Source of the DNA: Oscillospiraceae bacterium
Lineage (GTDB): Bacteria > Bacillota > Clostridia > Oscillospirales > JAAYXM01
Length of the DNA: 64,000 nucleotides
Direction of reading: 5' to 3'
Assembly: GCA_017435965.1 (NCBI GenBank)
Contig: JAFSEA010000042.1
Span: forward strand, 12,250-76,249
The position numbers and the translations under genes are program-made. The notes beneath the pieces are model-generated. The model was not told where the DNA came from and ran no database searches. It saw nothing but the letters and a program-made list of their open reading frames with translations. Shown piece after piece: positions 9,770-18,709 of the stretch; the stretch's first letter is position 1, and each line of letters begins with the position of its first letter.

Positions 9770-10764
9770 TTGACAGAATGGTAGAACGCACGATAAACAT
9801 TGAAAGGCTTGAACAGATGACAGACATCTTCGGCTCTTTCGATGAAAATATAGGAATACTCGAAAAGGAGCTTGGCATAACTGTTTTAAACCGCAACACG
9901 GAACTTAAGGTTGTTGGAGAAGAAGCAAAGGCAGATCGAGCTGTAAGAGTTATTGAGAGCCTTCTTGTTCTCTCATCAAAGGGCGAGGGAATAAACGAGC
10001 AGAATATTCGTTATGCCATAGGTCTTGTTGAGGAGAATAAGGAAAGTCAGATAGCCGAACTTTCAAAGGACATAATCTGCATAACAACAAAGGGCAAACC
10101 CATAAAGCCGAAGACTATCGGACAGAGAGATTATATAAATGCCATCCAGTCACATACCATCACATTGGGCGTAGGTCCTGCAGGTACGGGAAAAACTTAT
10201 CTTGCCGTTGCGGCGGCGGTAAATGCCTTCCGTGAGAAGAAGATAAACAGAATAATCCTCACAAGACCTGCAATCGAAGCAGGCGAAAAACTCGGCTTTC
10301 TCCCAGGTGACCTGCAGAGCAAGGTTGACCCCTATCTCCGTCCTCTTTATGACGGACTTTATGATATGATAGGCCCCGAATCCTTCCAGAGATATATGGA
10401 AAGAGGAACAATAGAAGTAGCACCCCTTGCGTATATGCGAGGAAGAACTCTTGACGATTCTTTTATAATCCTTGATGAAGCACAGAACACCACTCCCGAG
10501 CAGATGAAGATGTTTTTAACCCGCCTCGGCTTCAATTCAAAGGCAGTTATAACAGGCGATATAACACAGATAGACCTGCCCGACGGCAAATCATCGGGAC
10601 TTCGTGATGCGATGAAGGTTTTAAAGGACGTTGAAGATGTTGCACAATGCATACTTACATCTACCGACGTTGTGCGCCACGTTCTTGTTCAGAGAATAAT
10701 AAACGCATACGAAAAGCGTGACCGTGAAAGACAAAAGAGAATGCAGGGAAAGGACAGTAAATAA
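9766..10764 (+). CDS. phoH: PhoH family ATPase
   Basis: Walker A GPAGTGKTYLAV, Walker B IILDEAQN and the ITGDITQIDLP motif. The GTG start overlaps the yqfD stop. Confidence 0.95.
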   Translation: MIDRMVERTINIERLEQMTDIFGSFDENIGILEKELGITVLNRNTELKVVGEEAKADRAVRVIESLLVLSSKGEGINEQNIRYAIGLVEENKESQIAELSKDIICITTKGKPIKPKTIGQRDYINAIQSHTITLGVGPAGTGKTYLAVAAAVNAFREKKINRIILTRPAIEAGEKLGFLPGDLQSKVDPYLRPLYDGLYDMIGPESFQRYMERGTIEVAPLAYMRGRTLDDSFIILDEAQNTTPEQMKMFLTRLGFNSKAVITGDITQIDLPDGKSSGLRDAMKVLKDVEDVAQCILTSTDVVRHVLVQRIINAYEKRDRERQKRMQGKDSK

Positions 10765-10765
10765 T

Positions 10766-11254
10766 ATGGCAGAGCATTATATAACGGTAGTAAGTGATAC
10801 CCCTGATGAAAAAACAGAAAAAACTGTTAAGCGTGCAGTTCTTGCGGCACTTGATTTTGAAAAGGTAGAGCAGAATTGTGACGTGTGCATTATGATAACG
10901 GATGATGAAAACATCCGTGAGCTTAACCGTGAGCACAGAGAAATCGACCGTGCAACGGATGTGCTTTCATTCCCAATGCTTGAGCTCTCTCCTGGGCAGA
11001 AGATAGAAGTATCTCCTTTGGAGATTGACCCGAGCACAGGTGCAGTTATGCTTGGGGATATTGCAATATCTCTTGAGCGTATGTGTGAGCAGGCGAAGGA
11101 ATATGGACACAGCGAGGAAAGAGAGCTTTCTTTCCTTACGGTTCACGGAATTCTCCACCTTCTCGGCTATGACCACGAGAGAAGCGAAGAGGATGAAAAG
11201 CTTCACTTCTCACGGCAGGAAGAAATTCTCGATGAAATGGGAATAAAGAGGTAG
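10766..11254 (+). CDS. ybeY: rRNA maturation endoribonuclease YbeY
   Basis: Zinc motif HGILHLLGYDH. ATG 10766 follows the phoH stop; the ORF-track start 10718 would overlap phoH by 47 nt. Confidence 0.95.
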   Translation: MAEHYITVVSDTPDEKTEKTVKRAVLAALDFEKVEQNCDVCIMITDDENIRELNREHREIDRATDVLSFPMLELSPGQKIEVSPLEIDPSTGAVMLGDIAISLERMCEQAKEYGHSEERELSFLTVHGILHLLGYDHERSEEDEKLHFSRQEEILDEMGIKR

Positions 11255-11260
11255 TCTCTT

Positions 11261-11728
11261 ATGAAAAAGTGCAGAAAAGGCGGATTTCTCAAATCCTTTG
11301 GATATGCCGCCCGTGGAGTGCTTTACGCAATAAGAAATGAGCGAAATTTCAGGGTGCATCTGTGCGTGACCTTGTATGTGCTTGTCTTTTCAATTATCGG
11401 AGCACCGCCACGGGACGATGTTGCACGCCTTTTTCTGTGCATTGGTCTTGTTATGAGTGCAGAGCTTGTAAATACTGCCCTTGAAAAGATGTGCGATACC
11501 GTGACAGAGGAAAAGAACGAGAAAATTAAAATAGCAAAGGATACGGCGGCAGGTGCTGTGCTGATATCCGCAATTATGGCGGCTGTGGTGGGACTTATAA
11601 CATTCCTTAACCCACCTGTGTTTAATCGTGTTGTGAAAACTCTTTCTGATATGCCATATATTGCGGCACTTATAATAATCAGCATACCTCTTGCAGTTTG
11701 GTTTATTGTGGGACGGAAGAAGAAATGA
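11261..11728 (+). CDS. dgkA: Diacylglycerol kinase / undecaprenol kinase family membrane protein
   Basis: 155 aa with 3 TM segments. Conserved NERNFRVH and AELVNTALE motifs. ybeY-dgkA synteny. Confidence 0.85.
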   Translation: MKKCRKGGFLKSFGYAARGVLYAIRNERNFRVHLCVTLYVLVFSIIGAPPRDDVARLFLCIGLVMSAELVNTALEKMCDTVTEEKNEKIKIAKDTAAGAVLISAIMAAVVGLITFLNPPVFNRVVKTLSDMPYIAALIIISIPLAVWFIVGRKKK

Positions 11729-13062
11729 AAAAGTCAGATGTGTATACTGTGAAAATTGAAGGCTACACCTCCGAGGGTGCAGGTATTGCGAGAATTGACG
11801 GAATGGCAGTTTTCGTGCCTCAGGCGCTTCGGGGAGAAACCTGCGAAATAATGATACTTAAAGTGGAAAAAAGCTTTGCATATGCAAAGCTTATTCGTGT
11901 TATTGAAGCTTCTCCCGAAAGGGTGGAAAGCCGCTGTGAGCACTATCCCAAATGTGGCGGTTGTTCCATGTGGCATATGTCCTATGAGGAAGAGCTTCGG
12001 GTAAAAGAAGACCACGTTCGTTCCTGTATTGAAAGAATAGCAAAGACTTCCGCACCTGTTCTTCCGATTATCGGCGGAGACGAAACAACACGCTATCGAA
12101 ATAAGGCACAATACCCGGTTGGAAAGGATACCACAAGCGGATTTTATCGCACCCGAAGTCACGATATAGTCCCCTCGAAGACCTGCCTTATACAGAGCGA
12201 GCTTGCAGATAAAATCCGTGGCGTTGTACATAAATGGCAGAGGGAGAATAACATTCCTTCCTATGACGAAAAGAGCGGAAAAGGAATTCTCCGTCATATC
12301 TATGTGCGAAGCGGGAAAGGCGGCGCAGTTCTCTGCCTTGTGGCAACGAAAAAGCCGGATGAAACGGAAAGTCTTATAAAGCTTATAGAAAAGGAATGTC
12401 CGGAGGTCTGCGGAATCGTTCTTAACATAAATAAGAAAATCACAAACGTAATCCTCGGTGATAAGTATATAACCCTTTGGGGAAAAGGCTTTGTGGAGGA
12501 CGAGCTGTCGGGACTCTGGTTTGAAATATCCCCTGCGGCATTCTATCAGGTAAACCGTGCCCAGACCGAAAAGCTCTACGATATAGCCGTAAGTCTTGCA
12601 ACGGAAAACGGTGCCAAAACAGCACTTGATCTCTATTGCGGAATAGGAACGATAACGTTGAGCCTTGCAAAGAAAATGGACAAGGTAATCGGAGTTGAGG
12701 TTGTGCCTCAGGCAATCAAAGATGCAAAACGGAATGCAAAGCTCAACGGAATGGAAAATGCAGAATTCATCTGTGCCGATGCAAGCGAGGCGGCAAAGAT
12801 GCTCGCCGACCGTGGTGAAATGCCGGATGTAATAGTGGTAGACCCACCGAGAAAAGGTCTCACTCCCGAAGGGATATCGGAAATAAAAAGAATGAACCCC
12901 AAAACAATAGTATACGTCTCCTGCGACCCGGCAACGTTAGCACGAGACCTAAAGATATTTGAAGAAGACGGAAGCTATAAGACACAAAGTGTACAACCTG
13001 TAGATATGTTCCCAAGGACAAAACACGTGGAAAGTGTGGCAAAGCTCACGCTTTCCAACTAA
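11725..13062 (+). CDS. rlmD: 23S rRNA (uracil-C5)-methyltransferase, RlmD/RumA family
   Basis: N-terminal TRAM-like domain, Fe-S Cys cluster CEHYPKCGGCSMWH, SAM motif DLYCGIGT and catalytic VSCDP. ATGA overlap with the dgkA stop. Confidence 0.9.
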   Translation: MKKSDVYTVKIEGYTSEGAGIARIDGMAVFVPQALRGETCEIMILKVEKSFAYAKLIRVIEASPERVESRCEHYPKCGGCSMWHMSYEEELRVKEDHVRSCIERIAKTSAPVLPIIGGDETTRYRNKAQYPVGKDTTSGFYRTRSHDIVPSKTCLIQSELADKIRGVVHKWQRENNIPSYDEKSGKGILRHIYVRSGKGGAVLCLVATKKPDETESLIKLIEKECPEVCGIVLNINKKITNVILGDKYITLWGKGFVEDELSGLWFEISPAAFYQVNRAQTEKLYDIAVSLATENGAKTALDLYCGIGTITLSLAKKMDKVIGVEVVPQAIKDAKRNAKLNGMENAEFICADASEAAKMLADRGEMPDVIVVDPPRKGLTPEGISEIKRMNPKTIVYVSCDPATLARDLKIFEEDGSYKTQSVQPVDMFPRTKHVESVAKLTLSN

Positions 13063-13158
13063 GTTTGCCTTGCGGCAAGTAGCGAATTGTCCGAACAAGG
13101 AAGTTGATTCTCACAAAGCATTAATTAAGAAATCTAATATGTAAAAGGAATGATAGAT

Positions 13159-15678
13159 ATGACAAAAATAATCGGAAAAAGTATTTATGCAATTTTAATT
13201 ATGATTTTTGTATTTGCAATTGCAGGCTGTAGCAATGGAAACGACTCATTTGATAGCAGTTCAAAGGCAAAATTAGAAGAAAACAAGTCACAAGAAAAAA
13301 CAGTGGATTTTTCGGTTGAAGAATTAAAGACCGAGAAAGGTATAGAACGTTTTAAAGAATATTACGAAGAATGTAAAAAAGATGGAACAATTTCCACTGA
13401 AGCAACACCGGAAGAGATTGTAGTAGCATATATCAATACCGCTGAACTTGATGCCGGAATCAATGAAATTAATGATAAATATATTGATGATAACGGATAT
13501 ATAAAGTCGGAAAGTGTGTTGGATGTTCTTGATGAAATATATAAATACACTCAACAACTTGAGAATGAAGGAAAGGTTTCGGGAGTTCAGTATAATTACG
13601 ATGATATGAATATATGCATTGTAACAAATGATGGGTTTAGATATATGTACGCTCCACGTATTGAAGGATTAATGAGTGGAGGTGGAGATTTAGATGTTTT
13701 GGCTCTGAATAACGCAGAAAATTATGAATATGATATGACTGCCAATATTGAATCGATTACTCTTAATCATATCAATAAGGCAGGTGAACATATAGAAGAT
13801 GAATTAGATGTAAATTTATATCAATATGAAGATAAATCCACGCTTGGAATTAATAGGATAAAAACATTAATTAAAAATCTTGACTCCAAGCAAAGACACG
13901 TTATTCTTTGGCGAGGACATGGAAATGTATGGGACTATGCAAGCCGCGAAAATGTACCTGCACAATCTACTTCGGCTACGAGAGAGTCTGTTTTTTGGGT
14001 GGATACCGATGGCAAACTGGCTGTTTTTATGATGTATTATGATGATCTTGTGGAAGGGAATGTTATTGTATCGAGTGGTTCATATGCCCTTGCACCGGGA
14101 TTTTTTACCAAATATATGAGCAGTGTTGAAGGAGGAATATTCTATACAGGTGCTTGCTATTCAGCTGCTGACGGCGGTGATATGTCAAATGCGATTTTAA
14201 GCAAAGGATTTGAGTGCTATTTTGGGTCGACAGATTCAATATCAGTTGGTTATTCAGATCTTATGATGTTGTCTGTTATAGAGAATCTGTGTAAATACGA
14301 AGATGAATTCTCAAGAAAACCTGATGCATCTGCCGTAAAAGAAGAATATGTTTCAAGTGAAAGAAGGACAATTACAGCTCAAAAGGCACTTCGTCTTTCA
14401 CAAGAAGATAAGGGTACTGTGGATATTCGACACAACTTGCGGGATGTTTTATTGAATTTACCTGAAGTGCTTAAAGTTAAGGTAAGGAATACCCAAGTTG
14501 TAATAAGAGGTAATGCCTCGGCACGATTAATAGGTTCAGAAGAACTTGATTTGTCTTTTGCATGGGTTGAAGATATTGGAAATAATCCTAATAATTTGTG
14601 GCAAAGTAGTGATACCCTTGCGTTTGATGATGATTATATTTATTATGCATCAAACGAGAATTTATACAGAGTAAAGTATAATGGTGAGGATAATGAGAAG
14701 ATTGCAAGCAAAGTTGAAGCAACATTAAATGTATATGACGGATACATTTATTCGTCTGATTGTGGAACGGCGAGTAATCCTTATGTTAAAATCAAACGCA
14801 TAAATTCCGAAACAAAGGCTGAGGAAATATTATTTGAGATGGCGGGAACAAAATGGAGAGAGGATTATTACGTTGAGTCAATGCTTGCATACGATGGATA
14901 TCTGTTTTGTACAATAATTGATGAAGGAAACAGAGAAAAAACTTATATATATGCAATAGATTTAGATGATCTATCATATTACCAAATACATTATGAGCCG
15001 GCTGCAAGAAGCACAGAATTTACTGTCGATGATGCAGGGAATCTCTATGCCATAATGAAGACAGATGGTTCCAATGCAAACTTAAGAAAGTTTTTGAAAG
15101 TAAGCATGGATGATTTGAGAAACAATGCGAACGATGTTTCTTTGGAGGAAACTTTATTTATGGAAGAGTTTGTGGGAGAAACTAATTTGGGTAATTACGC
15201 AAATGTTATATTGGGTTCAGGGGGGATGCTTCGAAATCTTTCGAATTCAGATTCATACGGTGAATATTATTATGGTAAAGTTGATGCACAGCAAAAGAAA
15301 TGGTATGCCAGCGGTAATAGTTATCCCGAATTAAATTCCAATGATGCAGACGCTGATAAGCATACAATAGTTACAGCGAGAAATCGAAGATATTATCTTG
15401 ATGGAAGCGTTGTGTTTTTTGTAACAGACGTATTATATACAAAATCGAATATAATCGGTGACGATCAAAATAATGTGCCTATATACATATGTAGTGATAT
15501 GGATTTTGCAAATCCTCAAAAAATCGGGACAATTTACGGTATGAACCTTTTTGATAATGGAGGGAATCTTGTTGGTGTTCATGATGGAAAAGTTTATGCT
15601 ATAGAAAAGAAAGGGACAGAAATAAATCTTGTTATTATTGATCAGAAAGGAGTTGTAAATCGCTTGACAATTTCGTGA
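13159..15678 (+). CDS. Large hypothetical lipoprotein: putative clan-CD (gingipain/C25-like) cysteine peptidase region plus C-terminal DUF5050-type beta-propeller-like repeats
   Basis: Signal peptide with lipobox FAIAGC. HVILWRGHG ... GGIFYTGACYSAADGG ... YFGSTDS follows the clan-CD motif order. Repeated YIYY/YDGYIY/YDGYLF/NLYAI/KVYAI strands. Visibly AT-rich coding sequence. ATG 13159 has AAGGA 9 nt upstream (ORF track 13150). Confidence 0.75.
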   Translation: MTKIIGKSIYAILIMIFVFAIAGCSNGNDSFDSSSKAKLEENKSQEKTVDFSVEELKTEKGIERFKEYYEECKKDGTISTEATPEEIVVAYINTAELDAGINEINDKYIDDNGYIKSESVLDVLDEIYKYTQQLENEGKVSGVQYNYDDMNICIVTNDGFRYMYAPRIEGLMSGGGDLDVLALNNAENYEYDMTANIESITLNHINKAGEHIEDELDVNLYQYEDKSTLGINRIKTLIKNLDSKQRHVILWRGHGNVWDYASRENVPAQSTSATRESVFWVDTDGKLAVFMMYYDDLVEGNVIVSSGSYALAPGFFTKYMSSVEGGIFYTGACYSAADGGDMSNAILSKGFECYFGSTDSISVGYSDLMMLSVIENLCKYEDEFSRKPDASAVKEEYVSSERRTITAQKALRLSQEDKGTVDIRHNLRDVLLNLPEVLKVKVRNTQVVIRGNASARLIGSEELDLSFAWVEDIGNNPNNLWQSSDTLAFDDDYIYYASNENLYRVKYNGEDNEKIASKVEATLNVYDGYIYSSDCGTASNPYVKIKRINSETKAEEILFEMAGTKWREDYYVESMLAYDGYLFCTIIDEGNREKTYIYAIDLDDLSYYQIHYEPAARSTEFTVDDAGNLYAIMKTDGSNANLRKFLKVSMDDLRNNANDVSLEETLFMEEFVGETNLGNYANVILGSGGMLRNLSNSDSYGEYYYGKVDAQQKKWYASGNSYPELNSNDADADKHTIVTARNRRYYLDGSVVFFVTDVLYTKSNIIGDDQNNVPIYICSDMDFANPQKIGTIYGMNLFDNGGNLVGVHDGKVYAIEKKGTEINLVIIDQKGVVNRLTIS

Positions 15679-15885
15679 GTATATAAACAGTAACAATCAA
15701 TATAGCAAGGTGCCAAAATGAGTGGCATAGAAGTGACAAAACAAATTTCTGATTCACAAACGTAAATGTTGCATGGATTGCAGAAAGAATACGAGTTGGA
15801 ATAAGGAAAAAGAATATGGTTTCAAGTGAAAGTTGGAGGGTATAAATGTTTTTGAAGAAAAGCAGATTTTCTCGCATACATAAAC

Positions 15886-16023
15886 ATGGCAGTTGGTAAT
15901 AAAGGAAACAAAATATATCATACATATGGATGCGAGCACCTTGATCTTTCATCTTTTTGGGCGTACAATGAGGCACAAGTTACAAACAATGATGAATACA
16001 CAAAGTGTCAATATTGCAATTAA
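15886..16023 (+). pseudogene. 45-codon ORF or gene remnant with a KIYHTYGCEHL...YTKCQYCN motif (YH-x3-C ... C-x2-C metal-binding-type C-terminal module)
   Basis: My own translation of 15886-16023: MAVGNKGNKIYHTYGCEHLDLSSFWAYNEAQVTNNDEYTKCQYCN. There is no RBS. Short out-of-frame ORFs lie upstream, which suggests decay. Confidence 0.3.
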
Positions 16024-16052
16024 ATACAAGTGGAAAAAGGATGACTAAACCA

Positions 16053-16937
16053 ATGAAAAAAGAATATTTATATGCAGGGTTTGCAATTCTTTGCTGGTCT
16101 ACCATTGCGACTATTTCAAAGCTTCTTCTCGGTAGCCTTGACAGTATGCAGATAACCTTTATAAGCTCTGCTTTTGCCTTTGTCTTTTTGCTTATTCTCA
16201 ACATTTTCAAAGGCAATATGAAAATGTTTAAAATGTATAAGGTGCGTGAGTATCTTGTTATGTCGGGAATAGGAATCCTCGGAATATTCATATACCACCT
16301 TCTTCTCTATATGGGCATTGACTGTATGGATGCATCCCAGGCATTTATCATAAATTATCTCTGGCCCATAATGTCGGTGCTTTCTGCCTGCATTATACTG
16401 AAAGAAAAAATGACTTTGCGAAAAAGCATTGCAATCCTTCTTTCTTTTGCCGGCGTTATAATAGTCACGGCAAACGGAAATCTCTTGAGCATCGGGCGTG
16501 ACACACTTACGGGAGCATTATATTGCATAATTGCCGCCGTGTCCTATGGTCTCTTTTCTGCGCTTAATAAGAAAAAAGACTACGACAAGTATTTCAGCAT
16601 GATGGTGTTTTACTTTGCGGCAACCGTTGTTTCACTTGTGTATATAATTGCCACAAAGAGCACCTTCACCCTTGATGCGATGCAGGTGGCAGGACTTGCC
16701 TGGATGGGTATATTCACAAACGCAATAGCCTTCACCTTCTGGGCGATTGCGATTAAAATTGGGGACACGGCAAAGGTTTCAAACCTTGCTTACATAACTC
16801 CGTTTTTGTCGCTTGTGTGGACAACCCTTGTTCTCAAAGAGGACTTCAACCCCTATTCCCTGATAGGACTTTCGGTAATAGTCATAGGTATATTCATTCA
16901 GCTTAAAGACAAAAAAGAAATAAAGACACGAGGATAA
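16053..16937 (+). CDS. EamA/DMT-superfamily transporter
   Basis: About 10 TM segments in two EamA-like halves. Alternative starts at 16041 and 16005; 16053 has AAGGA 11 nt upstream. Confidence 0.8.
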   Translation: MKKEYLYAGFAILCWSTIATISKLLLGSLDSMQITFISSAFAFVFLLILNIFKGNMKMFKMYKVREYLVMSGIGILGIFIYHLLLYMGIDCMDASQAFIINYLWPIMSVLSACIILKEKMTLRKSIAILLSFAGVIIVTANGNLLSIGRDTLTGALYCIIAAVSYGLFSALNKKKDYDKYFSMMVFYFAATVVSLVYIIATKSTFTLDAMQVAGLAWMGIFTNAIAFTFWAIAIKIGDTAKVSNLAYITPFLSLVWTTLVLKEDFNPYSLIGLSVIVIGIFIQLKDKKEIKTRG

Positions 16938-16944
16938 AGAGATC

Positions 16945-18168
16945 ATGGGCAATTCAATTTTAAAAATCAAAGGTGTGTTCCGGAAAAACTCACCCTTCAA
17001 GATGTTTCTCCTTTCCGTTCTTATAACGGGTATTTCATATGGTTTGTATAAAGGAATGCTTGATAACTTCCTTGCGGAGGTTGTAAATATGGGTGAGATG
17101 GACAGAGGTGTTACGGAGTTTTTCCGTGAGCTTCCGGGTATTCTTCTCATATTCATTCTCGCGGCATTCTATATGCTCTCTGCAGAAAGCCTTTACAAGG
17201 CGGGAGCACTTATTATGCTTGTTGGCATGGCGATGCACGCCGCTTTTCCGGCAACGAAAATATTTGCTACTCTTGCTATATGTACGTATTCCGTCGGTGA
17301 GCATATTCAGATAGGAATGAAGAACACTCTTTCTCTCAAGTACGCAAACGAAGGTTCGGGTGGTGCGGCTCTCGGTGCACAGACTGCAATAAACCAGATA
17401 GGAACACTTTTGGGTTATCTTCTTGTTATTCTTGCCTTTTCCTTTGCTGTCGGCAAGAGTACATATACCACCTTTTTCTGGGTTGCAACGGCTCTTGCCG
17501 GAATAAGCCTTATCTTCTCAATGAGGATAAGCGGCAGAAGCGAAACGGACAAGAACAAACGCCGTTTTTATTTCCATAAAAAGTATAAGAAATACTACAT
17601 GCTTGAAATGTTCTACGGTGCGAGAAAACAGGTGTTCCTCACCTTTGGCCCTTATGTGCTCATTCGCTTCTACGGTGCATCCACTGCTACAATAAGTCTT
17701 CTCTTTGCAATATCCGCCGTTACCTGCTTCTTTGCATCTCCTCTCGTAGGAAGAATTATAGACAAGCTCGGATATAAGGTTGTTATGGTGGCAGATACGA
17801 TTATTCTTGTGGCGGTATGTTTCTTCTACGGCTTTGCACATCACGTATTCCCTATGCATATTGCGTTTATTGTATGTTGTGTAAACTATGTGCTTGATGC
17901 CGTGATATCCCTTGCTTCAATGGCGTCAAATCTCTATGTTAAGGACTTGGCGGATAACGACGAAGAGGTAAAGGCAACCATTTCCACAGGCGTTTCAATA
18001 AATCACGTCATCACGATATTTATTGCACTTTTCGGTGGCTGGATATGGTATTCTCTCGGAATTGAGCTTCTCTTTATAACCTCGGCGGTTCTGGGACTTT
18101 GCAACAGCGCATATGCCGCAACCGTCAATGCGGAAAAAGACAAGCTTTGCGGAAGGAAGGTTAAATAG
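16945..18168 (+). CDS. MFS-type transporter
   Basis: 407 aa, about 11-12 TM segments with a basic central loop (SGRSETDKNKRRFYFHKKYKKY) between two halves. Starts 7 nt after the preceding gene. Confidence 0.6.
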   Translation: MGNSILKIKGVFRKNSPFKMFLLSVLITGISYGLYKGMLDNFLAEVVNMGEMDRGVTEFFRELPGILLIFILAAFYMLSAESLYKAGALIMLVGMAMHAAFPATKIFATLAICTYSVGEHIQIGMKNTLSLKYANEGSGGAALGAQTAINQIGTLLGYLLVILAFSFAVGKSTYTTFFWVATALAGISLIFSMRISGRSETDKNKRRFYFHKKYKKYYMLEMFYGARKQVFLTFGPYVLIRFYGASTATISLLFAISAVTCFFASPLVGRIIDKLGYKVVMVADTIILVAVCFFYGFAHHVFPMHIAFIVCCVNYVLDAVISLASMASNLYVKDLADNDEEVKATISTGVSINHVITIFIALFGGWIWYSLGIELLFITSAVLGLCNSAYAATVNAEKDKLCGRKVK

Positions 18169-18170
18169 AT

Positions 18171-18707
18171 ATGGATATAAAAATAATTTTTCAGGATGTG
18201 CTCACGGAAGGGCAGAAAAAGGAAATATGGGAGCTTTTAAAAGCTTATGACCACGAATTTGTTCCGCCGCTTTCTGCACGCAACAGCGCATTTAAGAAAA
18301 TACCGGGAAAAGACGGAAACCTCGTTATAAACGAAGAAGGCCCCGTTGTATATTTTAACGAGATAATAAACTATAAGTTCGTTCTTGCACTTCTCGATGA
18401 AAAGATAGTCGGATTTATGACATACATACCGAATCACACCGTTGCGGTGGAAGGCTATGAGCCTTTTGTGGCAGAATATGCAAGCACCGCCATCGTAACC
18501 CCCGAATGTCGTGGACAGGGTGCGATGAAACGCTTTTACAAGGAAATCATAGAAAGAAACCCCGGAAAGAATGTGGCAACAAGAACGTGGTCGGGAAATG
18601 AAGCACATCTTCACGTTCTCGCAAAGCACGGCTTTGAGCTTTTTGCAACCCTTAAGGACGACCGTGGCCCCGGGATTGACACCGTATATTACATAAGAAG
18701 AGGATAG
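18171..18707 (+). CDS. GNAT-family N-acetyltransferase
   Basis: 178 aa. Acetyl-CoA binding motif CRGQGAMKRFY (R/Q-x-x-G-x-G/A) and beta-alpha topology by eye. Confidence 0.6.
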   Translation: MDIKIIFQDVLTEGQKKEIWELLKAYDHEFVPPLSARNSAFKKIPGKDGNLVINEEGPVVYFNEIINYKFVLALLDEKIVGFMTYIPNHTVAVEGYEPFVAEYASTAIVTPECRGQGAMKRFYKEIIERNPGKNVATRTWSGNEAHLHVLAKHGFELFATLKDDRGPGIDTVYYIRRG

Positions 18708-18709
18708 AG

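Noticed and set aside
10718-10765. N-terminal extension of YbeY suggested by the ORF track (start 10718)
   Set aside because: It would overlap phoH by 47 nt and add a non-conserved basic peptide. ATG 10766, directly after the phoH stop, gives a normal-length YbeY.
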